In this document: in pieces, positions 34,937-48,132 of the stretch
Layout of the letters: every line of letters begins with the position of its first letter
How positions within the stretch are numbered: position 1 is the stretch's first letter
Assembly: GCA_026936335.1 (NCBI GenBank)
Contig: JAPMXV010000029.1
Span: 1-64,000 of the forward strand
From: Mantamonas sphyraenae STR306
Lineage: Eukaryota > Protista > CRuMs
Length of the DNA stretch: 64,000 bases
Reading direction: 5' to 3'
Notes under the pieces: model-generated
What the model saw: only the letters and a program-made list of their open reading frames with translations
Told to the model about the DNA's origin: nothing
Databases searched by the model: none
Program-made: the position numbers and the translations under genes

Positions 34937-36980
34937 TCACTCCTCCTCCACACGTTGCCTCTTCTCCACCTCTTCTTCCTCTTCCTCCTCCTCGTCATCT
35001 CTCTCTCGCTTCCTCGTCTCCCCTGACCTCCCCACCGCGACCCTTGCCGGTGCAGCACCCCTTCCCACCCACCCAATCACCCTCTCCATCACCTCATCCG
35101 GCAGTGTCACCCATCCTTCCCACCCTGTCTCCCCCACATACTCCTCCATCCCACCACACGCAAACATCGCCTCCCTCTCCTCCCCATTCATCACCAATGC
35201 CACCTCCATCGCCTCATCCACCACCCCACTCCACCCAATCCAATGCCACTCCTTCCTCCACCCTTCCCCCCTCACCATCTCCACCATTTCCATCCTCGGC
35301 TTCGCTCCCCACGCTCGCAACATCTCCACAATCCTCTCATCCCCTCCCTTCACTGCTCTCTCCAGCGCAGTAGTCCTTCCGTACCTCCGTGCAAACGTGT
35401 CCACAGGCACACCCCACTCCTTCAACGCAGCCATCCTCTCCACATTTCCACACTCCACAAACTCCACGTGATGCTTCCCATTTCTCTCCAACAGCGACTG
35501 CAACGCATCATTCCGAACGCCTTCGATGTCCCAGCACGACCGATTGCCCTCCATTGCCTGCCCCAGTGCTGCTGCTGCTTCTGCCCCGATGCTGTTCCAG
35601 CCGAGTTCCAGCGTCTGCAAGCTGCTGTTCTCTCTCAGTGCCTGCCCCAGTGCTGCCGCTCCCTCGCTACCGATTCTGTTGCTGCTGAGGTTTAGTCTCT
35701 GCAAGCTCCTGTTCTCCCTCAGTGCCTGCCCCAGTGCTGCCGCTCCCTCGCTACCGATTCTGTTGCTGCTGAGGTTCAGTCTCTGCAAGCTGCGGTTCAC
35801 ACTCAGTGCCTCCGCCAGTGCAGCTGCGCCTTCGTCCCCGATTCTGTTGTCGTTGAGGTACAGAGTCTGCAAGCTGCGGTTCACACTCAGCGCCTGCGCA
35901 AGTGCCGCTGCTCCTTCTGCCCCGATGCTGTTCCAGCCGAGTTCCAGCGTCTGCAAGCTCCTGTTCTCACTCAGTGCCTGCCCCAGTGCTGCCGCTCCCT
36001 CGCTACCGATTCTGTTGCTGCTGAGGTTCAGTGTCTGCAAGCTCCTGTTCTCCCTCAGTGCCTGCCCCAGTGCTGCCGCTCCCTCGCTACCGATTCTGTT
36101 GCTGCTGAGGTTCAGTCTCTGCAAGCTGCGGTTCACACTCAGTGCCTCCGCCAGTGCAGCTGCGCCTTCGTCCCCGATTCTGTTGTCGTTGAGGTACAGA
36201 GTCTGCAAGCTGCTGTTCGCACTCAATGCCTGCGCCAGTGCTGCTGCGCCTTCTTCCCCGATGCTGTTGTTAATGAGGTACAGTATCTGCAAGCTGCTGT
36301 TCTCCCTCAGTGCCTGCGCAAGTGCCGCTGCTCCTTTGTCCCCGATGCTGTTGTTAATGAGGTACAGTATCTGCAAGCTGCTGTTCTCCCTCAGTGCCTG
36401 CGCAAGTGCCGCTGCTCCTTCGTCTCCAATACTGTTGTCGTTGAGGATCAGTGTCTGCAAGCTGCTGTTCTTCTTCAGTGCCCGCGCTAATGCGGCTGCT
36501 CCTTCGTCCCCGATCCTGTTCTTGCCGAGGTTCAGTGTCTGTAAGCTGCGCAACCCACTCAGTGCCTGCGCAAGTGCTGCTACTCCATCTGCCCCGATCC
36601 TGTTGGTGTTGAGGTCCAGTGTCTGCAAGCTGCTCTTCCCACTCAGCACCTGAGCCAGCGCTGCTGCCCCTTCGTCCCCGATCCTGTTGTAGTCGAGGTA
36701 CAGTGTCTGCAAGCTGCTCCTCCCACTCAGTGCCTGCGCCAGTGCGGCTGCCTCATTGTCACCCAGACGATGGCCACGAATACACAAACACTGTGTTCCA
36801 CGTGTCAGCACACACACACCCCATGGTTTCCCTTCTCCCGTCCGCTTCTGCACGCGCCAAACATCCCGCTGCGTTCCAGGCGCAACCCACCTCTCCCTCT
36901 GCCTCCACTGCGCTGTGAATCCGTGCATGATCCCCGCTCTGCAGCACACTTTGCCAATCAACCATCTCCAGATTGCTCAT
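34937..36980 (-). CDS. Paralog J (15 LRR, NLS-like tail); exons 36980-36891 and 36790-34937
   Basis: Intact ORF; contains an internal duplication of a 4-LRR block. Confidence 0.9.
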
Positions 36981-37533
36981 TTTGTCTGTGTTGCCCGTTG
37001 TGAGCGCGTGGGCTCCGACCTTTCCCTCTCCCCCTCCCCCCTCCCGGCTCCAGCGCCCAGCCTCCTCTACCACCACCACCACCACCACCATCATCATCAG
37101 TCCATCCTGCGCCTTCTCTGTCCTTCAACTCTACCTCCTTTCTGTGATTCCTGGAAGAATGTGGCAGTTCCAAGATGCGTTGCATGCTGCTGCGTGCCAA
37201 CTCCGTACCACTGTTTGCCAAAGGTCTCCACCATTGCACCACACATCTCCTTCCCTCCCAGCCCCAACTTTCTATTGTTTGCTGTCGTTGTCCACGTCAC
37301 TCAGTCAGCCAATGGAATGACCACTTCTCCACAGCCCACCTCCACTACAGGCTTCATCACCACCTCGCTCGCCATGGACAGCCAGTGCAACCACCCCCTT
37401 CCATTGCATTGGCATTGCTGTCTGTGTGTTGAATGTACATTCTCCCCACATTGCACCAGCCCGTTTCTAACTCCTCCCTTTCCTCCTCTTTGCGTCCGAC
37501 GTCCATTCCTCCTTGCTGATCACACCCCACTGT

Positions 37534-38731
37534 TCACTCCTCCTCCACACGTTGCCTCTTCTCCACCTCTTCTTCCTCTTCCTCCTCCTCGTCATCTCTC
37601 TCTCGCTTCCTCGTCTCCCCTGACCTCCCCACCGCGACCCTTGCCGGTGCAGCACCCCTTCCCACCCACCCAATCACCCTCTCCATCACCTCATCCGGCA
37701 GTGTCACCCATCCTTCCCACCCTGTCTCCTCCACATACTCCTCCATCCCACCACACGCAAACATCGCCTCCCTCTCCTCCCCATTCATCACCAATGCCAC
37801 CTCCATCGCCTCATCCACCTGTCCACCCCATCCAATCCAATGCCACGCCTTCCTCCACCCTTCCTTCCTCACCATCTTGACCGTTTCCATCCTCGGCTTC
37901 GCTCCCCACGCTCGCAACACTTCCACAATCCTCTCATCCCCTTTCTCCACTGCTCTCTCCAGCGCCGTCTCTTTTCCTCCATTCCCTGCAAACGTGTCCA
38001 CGGGCACGCCCCACTCCCTCAACTCTCTCATTTTCTCCACAACCCCACACTCCACAAACTCCACGTGCTGCCTCTGGTTCCTCTCCAACATCGACCGCAA
38101 CGCGACATCGAAAACGCCCTCGATCTTCCAGCACGACCGATTGCCTTGCATTGCCTGCGCCAGTGATCCTCCTCCTACGGTCCCGATGCTGTTGTAGCTG
38201 AGGTCCAGAGTCTGCAAGCTGCTGTTCTCAATAAGTCCCTGCGCCAGTGCTGCTGCTCCCTCGCTACCGATTCTGATGCTGCTGAGGTTCAGTCTCTGCA
38301 AGCTCCTGTTCTCCCTCAGAGCCTGCCCCAGTGCTGCTGCTCCTTCGTCCCCGATTCTGTTGAGGCTGACGTCCAGTTTCTGCAAGCTGCTGTTCTCAAT
38401 AAGTCCCTGCGCCAGTGCTGCTGCTCCTTCGTCCCCGATTCCGTTCCAGCTGAGGATCAGTGTCTGCAAGCTGCTGTTCTCCCTCAGTGCCTGCGCCAGT
38501 GCGGCTGCCTCATTGTCACCCAGAAGATCGCCACAAATACTCAAACACTGTGTTCCACGTGTCAGCACACACACACTCCATGGTCGCCCTTGATCCGCTT
38601 CTTGCACGTGCAACACGGCCCTCTGCCAAGTCCCAACCCACCTCTCCCTTTGCCTCCACTGCGCTGTGAATCTGTGCATGATCCCCGCTCTGCAGCAACG
38701 CCACCCAATCAACCACCTTCAGATTGCTCAT
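37534..38731 (-). CDS. Paralog K (5 LRR, the shortest; NLS-like tail); exons 38731-38642 and 38547-37534
   Basis: Intact ORF; conserved intron. Confidence 0.9.
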
Positions 38732-39361
38732 TTTGTCTGTGTTGCCCGTTGTGAGCGCGTGGGCTCCGACCTTTCCCTCTCCACCCCACCCCCCCCCCCG
38801 GCTCCAGCGCCAACCCACCACCACCACCACCATCATCATCATCAGTCCATCCTGCGCCTTCTCTGTCCTTCAACTCTACCTCCTTTCTGTGATTTCTGTG
38901 CGAATGTGGCAGTTCCAAGATGCGTTGCATGCTGCTGCGCGTGCCAACTCCGTACCACTGTTTGCCAAAGGCCTCCACCATTGCACCCCACTTCTCCTTC
39001 CCTCCCAGTCCCAACTTTCTATTGTTTGCTGTCGTTGTCCACGTCACTCAGTCAGCCAATGGAATGACCACTTCTCCACAGCCCACTTCAACTACTGGCT
39101 TCATCACCACCTCGCTCGCAATGGACAGCCAGTGCAACCCCCCTTCCATTGCATTGGCATTGCTATCTGTGTCTCCCCTCAGTGCACCAAGCCCCTCTCT
39201 GCCTTCCTGCCAACCTCCGGCCCAACCCCAACCCAACGACACTGCACACCCTCATTGGCCGCATCACCCCACATCACCTTCCATTCATTCCACTCTTCAA
39301 CGCCACTCCAATCCCTTGCCCTCCTCCTCCAAACACCACCGCCTTGAATGAACGCATCCAT

Positions 39362-41198
39362 TCACACATCTTTCCCCACCCACCCAAGCACCCTCTCCAT
39401 CACCTCATCCGGCAGTGTCATCCACTCTGCACTCGGTTCATACGCCTCCATCCCACCACACTCAAACATCACCTCCCTCTCCTCTCCATTCATCACCAAC
39501 GCCACCTCCATCACCTCATCCACCTGTTCACCCCACCCAATCCAATGCCACACCTTCCTCCACCCTTCCCTCGTCACCATCTCCACCGTGTCCGTCCTCT
39601 GCTGCGCTCCCCATGCCCGCAATGCCTCCACAATCCTCTCATCACCTCCCTTGACTGCCCGTTCCAGCGCAGTCATCGTCCCTCCATCCCCTGCAAACGT
39701 GTCCACAGGCACACCCCACTCCATCAACTCTCTCATCGTCTCCACCTCCCCACACTCCACAAACTCCACATGCTGATCCCGGTTCCTCTCCAACAGCGAC
39801 TGCAACGCATCATTGTCAGCGACGTCGATGCTCCAGCACGACCGATTGCCTTCCATTGCCTGCACCAATGATGCTTCTCCTTCTTCCCCGATGTTGTTGC
39901 TGTCGAGGTACAGAGTCTGCAAGCTGCTGTTCTCCCCAAGCACCTGAGCCAGTGCTGCTGCTCCTTCGTTGCCAATGTTGTTGCACTCGAGGTCGAGTGT
40001 CTGCAAGCTGCGCAACCCACTCAGTGCCTGCGCCAGTGCGGCTGCTCCTTCGTCCCCGATTTCGTTGATACGGAGACTCAGTGTCTGCAAGCTGTTGTTC
40101 TCACTCAGTGCCTGCGCCAGTGCTGCTGCTCCTTTGTCCCCGATGTTGTTGCCGTCGAGGTACAGGGTCTGCAAGCTGCCGTTCTCACACAGTGCCTGCG
40201 CAAGTTCTGTTGCTCCTTCTGCCCCTACGCTATTTTTGCTGAGGTACAGGGTCTGCAAGCTGCTGTTCACAGTCAGTGCCCTCCCGAGTGCTGCTGCTCC
40301 TTCGTCCCCAATGCTGTTGCTGTTGAGGTTCAGTGTCTGCAAGCTCCCGTTCTCACTCAGTGCCTGCCCCAGTGCTTTTGCACCTTCAACCCTGATGCTG
40401 TTCAAGCCGAGGTTCAGTGTCTTCAAGCTGCTGTTCTCCCTCAGTGCCTGCCCCAGTGCTGCTGCTCCTTCGTCGTCGGTGCTGTTGTAATTGAGGCTCA
40501 GTGTCTTCAAGCTGCTGTTCACCCGCAATCCCCGTGCAATTGCTGCTGCTCCTTCTGCCTCGATGCCAATGTTGTTGAGGTTCAGTGTCTGCAAGCTATT
40601 GTTCTCATTCAGCGCATGCGCCAGTGCTGCTGTACCCTCTGCCCCGATGCTGTTGCTTCCGAGGTCCAGTGTTTGCAAGCTGCCGTTCTGGCACAGTAAC
40701 TTCGCCAGTGCTGCTGCTCCCTCGCCTGCAATGCTGTTCTTCCTGAGGTCCAGTGTCTGCAAGCTGCTGTTCTCACTGAGTGCCTGCTCAAGTGCTGCGG
40801 CTCCTTCATCCCCGATGCTGTTGTCGCAGAGATTCAGTGTCTGCAAGCTGCTGTTCTCCCTCAATCCCCGTGCCATTGCTGCTGCTCCTTCTGCCTCGAT
40901 TTTGTTGCTCGTGAGGTTCAGTGTCTGCAAGCTGCTGTTCTCCCTCAGTGCCTGTGCCAGTGCGGCTGACTCATTGTCACCCAGACGATGGTTACGAATA
41001 CACAAACACTGTGTTCCACGCGTCAGCACACACACACTCCATGGTTTCCCTTCTCCCGTCCGCTTCTGCACGCGCCAAACATCCCGCTGCGTTCCAGGCC
41101 CAACCCACCTCTCCCTTTGCCTCCACTGCGCTGTGAATCTGTGCATGATCCCCGCTCTGCAGCAACGCCACCCAATCAACCATCTCCAGATTGCTCAT
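39362..41198 (-). CDS. Paralog L (14 LRR, no tail); exons 41198-41109 and 41008-39362
   Basis: Intact ORF; conserved intron. Confidence 0.9.
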
Positions 41199-41290
41199 TT
41201 TGTCTGTGTTGCCCGTTGTGAGCGCGTGGGCTCCGACCTTTCCCTCTCCCCCCCCCCCTTCCCCCCCCCCGGCTCCAGCGCCAACCCTCC

Positions 41291-41321
<31 letters not shown>

Positions 41322-41755
41322 GTCCATCCTGCGCCTTCTCTGTCCTTCAACTCTACCTTTTTTCTGTGATTCCTGGACGAATGTGCCAAAGAAGCGTTGC
41401 CTGCGTCTGCGCGTGCCGCCGCTGCAGCAACCCCGTTGCCAAAGGCCTCCACCATTGCACCCCACTTCTCCTTCCCTCCCAGCCCCAACTTTTCATTGTT
41501 TGCAGCCGTTGTCCACGTCACACAGTCAGCCAATGGAATGACCACTACTCCACAGCCCACCTCCACTACAGGCTTCATCACCACCTCGCTCGCCATGGAC
41601 TGCCAGTGCAACCACCCCCTTCCATTGCATTGGCATTGCTATCTGTGTGTTGAATGTACATTCTCCCCACATTGCACCAGCCCGTTTCTACCTCCTGGCT
41701 TTCCTCCTCTCCTGTGTCCGACGTCCATTCCTCCTTGCTGATCACACCCCACTGT

Positions 41756-43356
41756 TCACTCCCCCCCCACACGTTGCCTCTTCTCCACCTCTTCTTCCTC
41801 TTCCTCCTCCTCGTCATCCCTCTCTCGCTTCCTCGTCTCCCCTGACTTTTCCACAGCGACCCTTGCCGGTGCAGCACCCCTCCCAGCCCACCCAATCACC
41901 CTCTCCATCACCTCATCCGGCAGTGTCATCCACTGTGCAGTCGGTTCGTACGCCTCCATCCCTCCACACGCAAACATCGCCTCCCTCTCCTCCCCATTCA
42001 TCACCAATGCCACCACCATCGCCCCATCCACCTGTCCACCCCATCCGATCCAATGCCACGCCTTCCTCCACCCTGCCTTCCTCACCATCTCCACCGTTTC
42101 CATCCTCGGTGTCGCTCCCCACGCCCGCAACACCTCCACCACACTCTCATCCCCTCGCTTCACAGCTCGCTCCAGCGCCGTTTTCCTCCCTTCATACCCC
42201 GCAAACGTGTCTACTGGCACGCCCCACTCCATCAACTCCCTCATCTTTTCCACATCCCCACACTCCACAAACTCCGCATGCTGGTTCCTGTTCCGATCCA
42301 ACAGCGACTCCAAAGCGTCATTGCGAACGCCTTCGATGTTCCAGCACGAAAGATTGCCTTCCATTGCCATGGCCAGGGCTGCTGCTCCTTCGTCCCCGAT
42401 GCTGTTGTTTCCGAGGACCAGTGACTGCAGGCTACAGTTCCCATTCAGTGCCCGCGCCAGAGCTGCTGCACCATTGTCCCCGATGTTGTTAAAGTCGAGC
42501 GTCAGCGTCTGCAAGCTGCCGCTCTCACTCAGTGCCTGCGCCAGTGCTGTTGCTCCTTCGTCGCCGACCCTGTTGCACCTGAGGTCCAGTGTCTGCAAGC
42601 TGCCGAGTGCATGTGCCAGTGCTTTTGCTCCTTTGTCGCCGACAATGTTGCCTCTGATGTTCAGTCTTTGCAAGCTGGGGTTCTCACTCAGTGCCTGCGC
42701 CAGTGCTGTTGCTCCTTCGTCCCCGATGTTATTGTTCCCGAGGTCCAGTGTCTGCAAGCTGCGATTCTCACTCAGCCCCTGCGCCAGTGCTGTTGCTCCT
42801 TCTACCCCGATGCCGTTGTCACCGAGTATCAGTTCCTGCAAGCTGCTGTTCTCACTTAATGCCTGCGCCAGTTCTGCTGCCCCTTCGTCGCAGATGTTGT
42901 TCTCGCTGAGGATCAGTGCTCGAAAGCTGCTGTTCTCACTCAGTGCCTGCCCAAGTGCTGACGCTCCTCCTGCACCAATGTTGTTGCTCTCGAGGTCCAG
43001 TTTCTGCAAGCTGCTGTTCTCTCTCAGTGCCTGCCCCAGTGCTCTTGCTCCTATTTCCTCGATGCTGTTGTTGAAGAGGTCAAGCGTCCGCAACGTGCTG
43101 TTCTTCCCTAGCGCCTTGGCCAGCGCTCTTGCCTCATAGTCACCTAGATTCTCGCCATTAATACACAAGCGCTGTGCTCTACGTGTCAGCGCACACTCCA
43201 TTGTTGCTCTTCTTCCACTTCTTGACGTGCAACAGTTGCCGCCGCTTCCCAGTCCCAACCACCCACCTCTCCCTCTGCCTCCAGCGCACTGCAAATCCGT
43301 TCATGATCCCCACTCCGCAGCAACTCCATCCAATCATCCGGTTCCAGCGCGTTCAT
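41756..43356 (-). CDS. Paralog M (10 LRR, NLS-like tail); exons 43356-43267 and 43171-41756
   Basis: Exon 1 MNALEPDDWMELLRSGDH; intact ORF. Confidence 0.9.
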
Positions 43357-43449
43357 TTCATCTGCATGCCTGTTGTGAGCGTGTGTGCACCAGCCTTACC
43401 TCACCCTTCTGTGCCTTTCCTCCACTCTACATGTTCTCCATCCAACCAA

Positions 43450-44010
43450 TATTCCTACCTTCAGAGTCAGATTCTGTGAGGATGTTCAGGTTGTTAGATG
43501 CGTTGCATGCTGCTGCTGCGCTTGCCAAGGACCCCGTGCACACCCTGCGTCCGCCTTCCTCCTCCCTCTCCATCACCAGCCAAATCTGCACGTCCTCTAT
43601 CCATCCACTTTACTTGCCTTCTGAATCAAATTCTTCTGTGAGGATGGTCAGGTTGTTAGATGCGTTGCATGCTGCTGCTAGGCTTGCCAAGGACCACGTG
43701 CACACCCTGCGTCCGCCTTCCTCCTCCCTCTCCATCACCAGCCAAATCTGCACGTCCTCTATCCATCCACTCCACTTGCCTTCTGAATCAAATTCTTCTG
43801 TGAGGATGTTCAGGTTGTTAGATGCGTTGGATGCTGCTGCTAGGCTTGCCAAGGACCCCGTGCACACCCTGCGTCCGCCTTCCTCCTCCCTCTCCATCAC
43901 CAGCCAAATCTGCACGTCCTCTATCCATTCACTTTACTTGCCTTCTGAATCGAATTCTTCTGTGAGGATGTACAGGTTGTTAGATGCATTGGATGCTGCT
44001 GCTGCGCTGG
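43450..44010. repeat. 162-bp tandem repeat, about 3.3 units, upstream of paralog M
   Basis: TTCTGTGAGGATG recurs at 43472, 43634, 43796 and 43958. Confidence 0.95.
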
Positions 44011-44029
44011 AAGGACCCCGTACACCCAA

Positions 44030-44560
44030 AAGTCCCCTCCACACCCAGCCCCGACGTCCCATTGCTGCGCCGACTGCCCGATGGGTCGTCCTACGCATTG
44101 CACATTCACACTCTGGACTGACTGCCCAGCGTTGGCCTGCTGTGGTGCGTGGGGCGGCAGCACGACGTGCCCACGCCACTTTGTTGATTGCGCAAACCTC
44201 CTTCCCGCCAAAACGGGAAGACGCCGGTTGCACGCAGCCCCAGCACCGCACCCACCAACCACCATTGCCAGAACGACACACTGACACCCACTATGTCATC
44301 AACCTACCTTGCCTGGACATCTTTATGTCAGGTTGTGTTTGTCCTGCTTTGACAACCGCTCCTCCTCCCACACCACTTGGCTGCTGCTGCCCAAACATCG
44401 TCCATCCGACAAAGACAGGACACTCCTCCCACGACATCGACTGCATTCACACCCATCCACCCACATGCACACACACCCGCGCGCCCAAGCGACAACCCCA
44501 CCAGCCCCACCCCTGTGTGCGCCCCTCATCACCCACACCAGGTTCAATGTCACTCCGACA
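44030..44560. repeat. Second intergenic repeat family (related copies at ~46650-47000, ~56990-57500, partial at ~29480-29580)
   Basis: Shared GCCGGTTGCACGCAGCCCC, CACGACATCGACTGCA and CATCACCCACACCAGGTTCAATGTCAC. Confidence 0.8.
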
Positions 44561-44610
44561 CCTCTCGCTTCAAAAGGACGTCCATTTCTCCTGCTGATCA
44601 GCCCCACAGT

Positions 44611-46421
44611 TCACTCCTCCTCCACACGTTGCCTCTTTTCCTCCTCCTCTTCTTCCTCCTCATCCCTCACTCGCTTCTTCGTCTCCCCTGACCTCTCCAC
44701 AGCGACCCTTGCCGGTGACGCACCCCTTCCCACCCACCCAATCACCCTCTCCATCACCTCATCCGGCAGTGTCACCCACCCTTCCCACCCTCCCTCCTCC
44801 ACATACTCCTCCATCCCACCACACCCAAACATCACCTCCCTCTCCTCACCATTCATCACCAATGCCACCTCCATCGACTCATCCACCTGTCCACCCCACC
44901 CAAACCAATGCCACGCCTTCCTCCACCCTGCCTTCCTCACCATCTCCACCGTTTCCACCCTCGGCTGCGCACCCCATGCTCGTAACACCTCCACAATCCT
45001 CTCATCCCCTCGCTCCACTGCTCTCTCCAGCGCAGTTCTCGTCCCTTCATCCCCTGCAAATGTGTCCACAGGCACCCCCCACTCCCTCAACTCTCTCATC
45101 TTCTCCTCATCTCCACACTCCACAAACTCCGCGTGCTGCTTCTTGTTCCCTTTCAACAGCGACTGCAAAGCGCTGTTGGGAGCGCCCAGGATGTTCCAGC
45201 ACGACCGATTGCCTTCCATTGCCTTTCTCAGTGATGCTGCTACTCGTTTGTTGACACTGTTGTGTTTGAGGTCCAGCGTCAGCAAACTCTTGTTCACACT
45301 CAGTGCCTGCGCCAGTGCTGCTACTCCTTCTGCCCCGATGCTGTTCCGGCTGAGGTCCAGTGTCTGCAGATTGGTGTTCACCCTCAATCCCTGCCCCAGT
45401 GCCGCTGCTCCTTCGTCACCGATGCTATTGTTCCAGAGAATCAGTGTCTGCAAGCTGGAGTTCTCACCGAGTGCATGCCCAAGTGCTGCTGCTCCTTTTG
45501 CACCGATGCTGTTGTACTGGAGGTTCAGGTTTTGCAAACTGCTGCTCTTGCTCAGTGCCTGCCCCAGTGCTGCTGCCCCTTCTGCCCGGATAAAGTTGTT
45601 CCTCAGGTCCAGCGTCTTTATGCCGCTGTTCCCACAGAGCACCTGCCCAAGCGCTACTGCCCCTTCGTCCTCGATGCTGTTGTCCCAAAGATTCAGTGTC
45701 TGCAAGCTGTTGTTCTCACTCAGCCCCTGCGCCAGTGCTGCTGCTCCTTTTGCCTTGATCCTGTTGCCGGAGAGGTCCAATGTCTTCAAGCTGCTGTTTC
45801 CACTCAACAACTTGGCAAAGGTTGCTGCTCCTTTCTCCCCGATGCTGTTGTCTCTGAGGTTCAATGTCTGCACGCTGGAGTTCTCTCTGAGTGCATCTGC
45901 CAGTGCTGCTGCTCCTTTGTCCCCGATGCCGTTGTATCTGAGGTTCAGTGTCTGCAAGCTTCTGTTCTCCTCCAGTCCCTTGGCCAGTGCTGCAGCTCCT
46001 TTTGCCCCGATGCCGTTGTGTTCGAGAACCAAGCTCTGCAAGCTGTAGTTCTCAACCAGTCCCTGCGCCAGTGCTGCTGTTCCTTTTGCACTGATACTGT
46101 TGTGGCTGAGGTCCACGGTCTGTATGCTACTGTTTTCGCAAAGTGCCTGCGCAAGCGCTGCTGCACCCTTCGCTCCGATGTTGTTCCCCCCGAGCAGCAG
46201 TGTCTTCAAGGTGCTAGTCTTCCCCAGCGCCTTGGCCAGCGCTACTGCCTCATTGTCTTTTAGCCCAACGTCAACAATACTCGTCACCTGTGCCACGCGT
46301 GTCAGCACACACTCTGTTGTTGCCTTGAGTCCCAGACACAACCCACCTCTCCCTCCGCCTCCAGTGCACTGCAAATCCGTTCTTGATCCCCACTCTGTAG
46401 CAAGTCTTCCCAATCAACCAT
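44611..46421 (-). CDS. Paralog N (13 LRR, NLS-like tail); exons 46421-46347 and 46287-44611
   Basis: Exon 1 MVDWEDLLQSGDQ; 59-bp intron; intact ORF. Confidence 0.88.
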
Positions 46422-48132
46422 CTTCGGCCTCCATTCGTCTGCATTGCCTGTTGTGAGCACGTGCGAACCAGCCTTCCTTCTCCTCTTCTGCAGCCTCTTT
46501 CCTCCTCCTTCCGCCATGCATGTTCTCCATCCACCCAGTCACCTACCTTCTGCGTGTGATTGAGTGAGAATGTGCGGGTTGTGAGATGCGTTGCCTGCTG
46601 CTGCTGCGCTTGCCAAGCACCCCGTGGCCCCAAAGTCCCTTCTGGTCTCCTTCCTCCCGCCAAAACGGGAAGAAGCCGGTTGCACGCAGCCCCAACTCCA
46701 CACCCACCAACCACCAGTGCCAGAGCGACACACCGACACCCACTATGGCATCAACCTACCTTGCCTGGACATTTTACGTCAGGTTGTGTTTGTCCTGCGT
46801 TGACAACCGCTCACTCTCCCACCCCACTTGGCTGCTGTTGCCCAAACACCGTCCATCCGACAAGGACAGGACACTCTACCCACGACATCGACTGCAGTCA
46901 CACCCACCCACCCACATGCACACACTCCGTGCGAAAGCGGCAACCCCCCACCCCCACCCCTGCGTGCGCCCCTCATCACCCACACCAGGTTCAATGTCAC
47001 CACCCCCCTTTGCAGCATCTGTTTACTCCTTTCTGCTCTCTTTCTCCCCTTTTCTCTGTTCCATCTGACGCACCCATGGCACAGGAGGAGGACAACAACC
47101 TTCGTTGGTGGGCGTGGACCCAATCCCCCTGCTCACCAGGATGCATCACCGCCAAAGCACTCACCATGGACCCGAGGATCTCTCCATGGACAGCGTGTAA
47201 TGGCGTCGACCAACCCCGCTGTGATGCGATGATGGGCCAGAACACGTCCACGCCCGGTCTCACCCACCCACCACGGGTTCACGACACGCACCGAATCAAC
47301 CGACACTCGCCCACCGTGACGGGCACACCGTCATACACCGTCCTTCGCAACCACGCCACTTCATCTGTGAGCAAGCCCACTGTCGTCACAGTCCTCGATC
47401 CTCCCCTGTGTCCCCCCAAACACTACTTTTCGACCTTGGCAAACACAGACTGGCCCCGTCGACCAAACGCCCCACCTCCTTCCTTACCACACCCTTCCCC
47501 GCCAGTGTTCACTTTGCCTTCAACATGCCACTTGTGTGCCCATCCTTGACCTCAGGGCATCCAGGGCGAGACGGCGTCGGCCTGGCACGCGTTCCCGGGA
47601 ACTCCTCCTCCTCCCACGTGCCTCCACTTCCCGTAATGGCCCACAAGTTCGCGCCAGCATCATCATCCTCCCCACATGGTCCCACACGCCACTCCTTGAC
47701 CAGCAATCCACCCTGCTTCCCACCACCCATCACCTTTTGCCAAGCTCGACACAACGAGCACTCCTCCTGCTGAGCCCACCTCTCCAACCCCACACCCACC
47801 CTTCACCCACCCACACCACCCCATTGCACAGCCACCACCACGCCCACCTCTTCGTTGCCCACAGACCCCACTGCGCACCAGAATGGGTTCACAATGTGAT
47901 TGGCCATGGTCGTGGCAACCCCCCCTCCCGCTGCTGTGGTCGTTGTCGCTCTTGCTTTGCAGCACACCGCCCTTCAGCAGTATCGACACCACTGATTACA
48001 CTCACACCTGCCCATCTCCGGTCTATCAACGCAATTTCGTGCAGCCCCCAATCTTCACTCCTTCTCCACATCCTCTTCTCCATCTCTCCTTTCTCCTCCT
48101 CTTCAGCCTCATCTCCCTCTTGCATCCTCGCG

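Noticed and set aside
43227-44597. 456-aa ORF with 54-aa repeats
   Set aside because: Arises from the 162-bp tandem repeat read antisense to the leader region; no protein-like features
44309-46048. Long plus-strand ORFs over the array genes (also 28054-29001, 30769-32031, 35526-36653, 51516-53722)
   Set aside because: Antisense shadows of GC-rich repetitive coding sequence that lacks stops on the reverse strand
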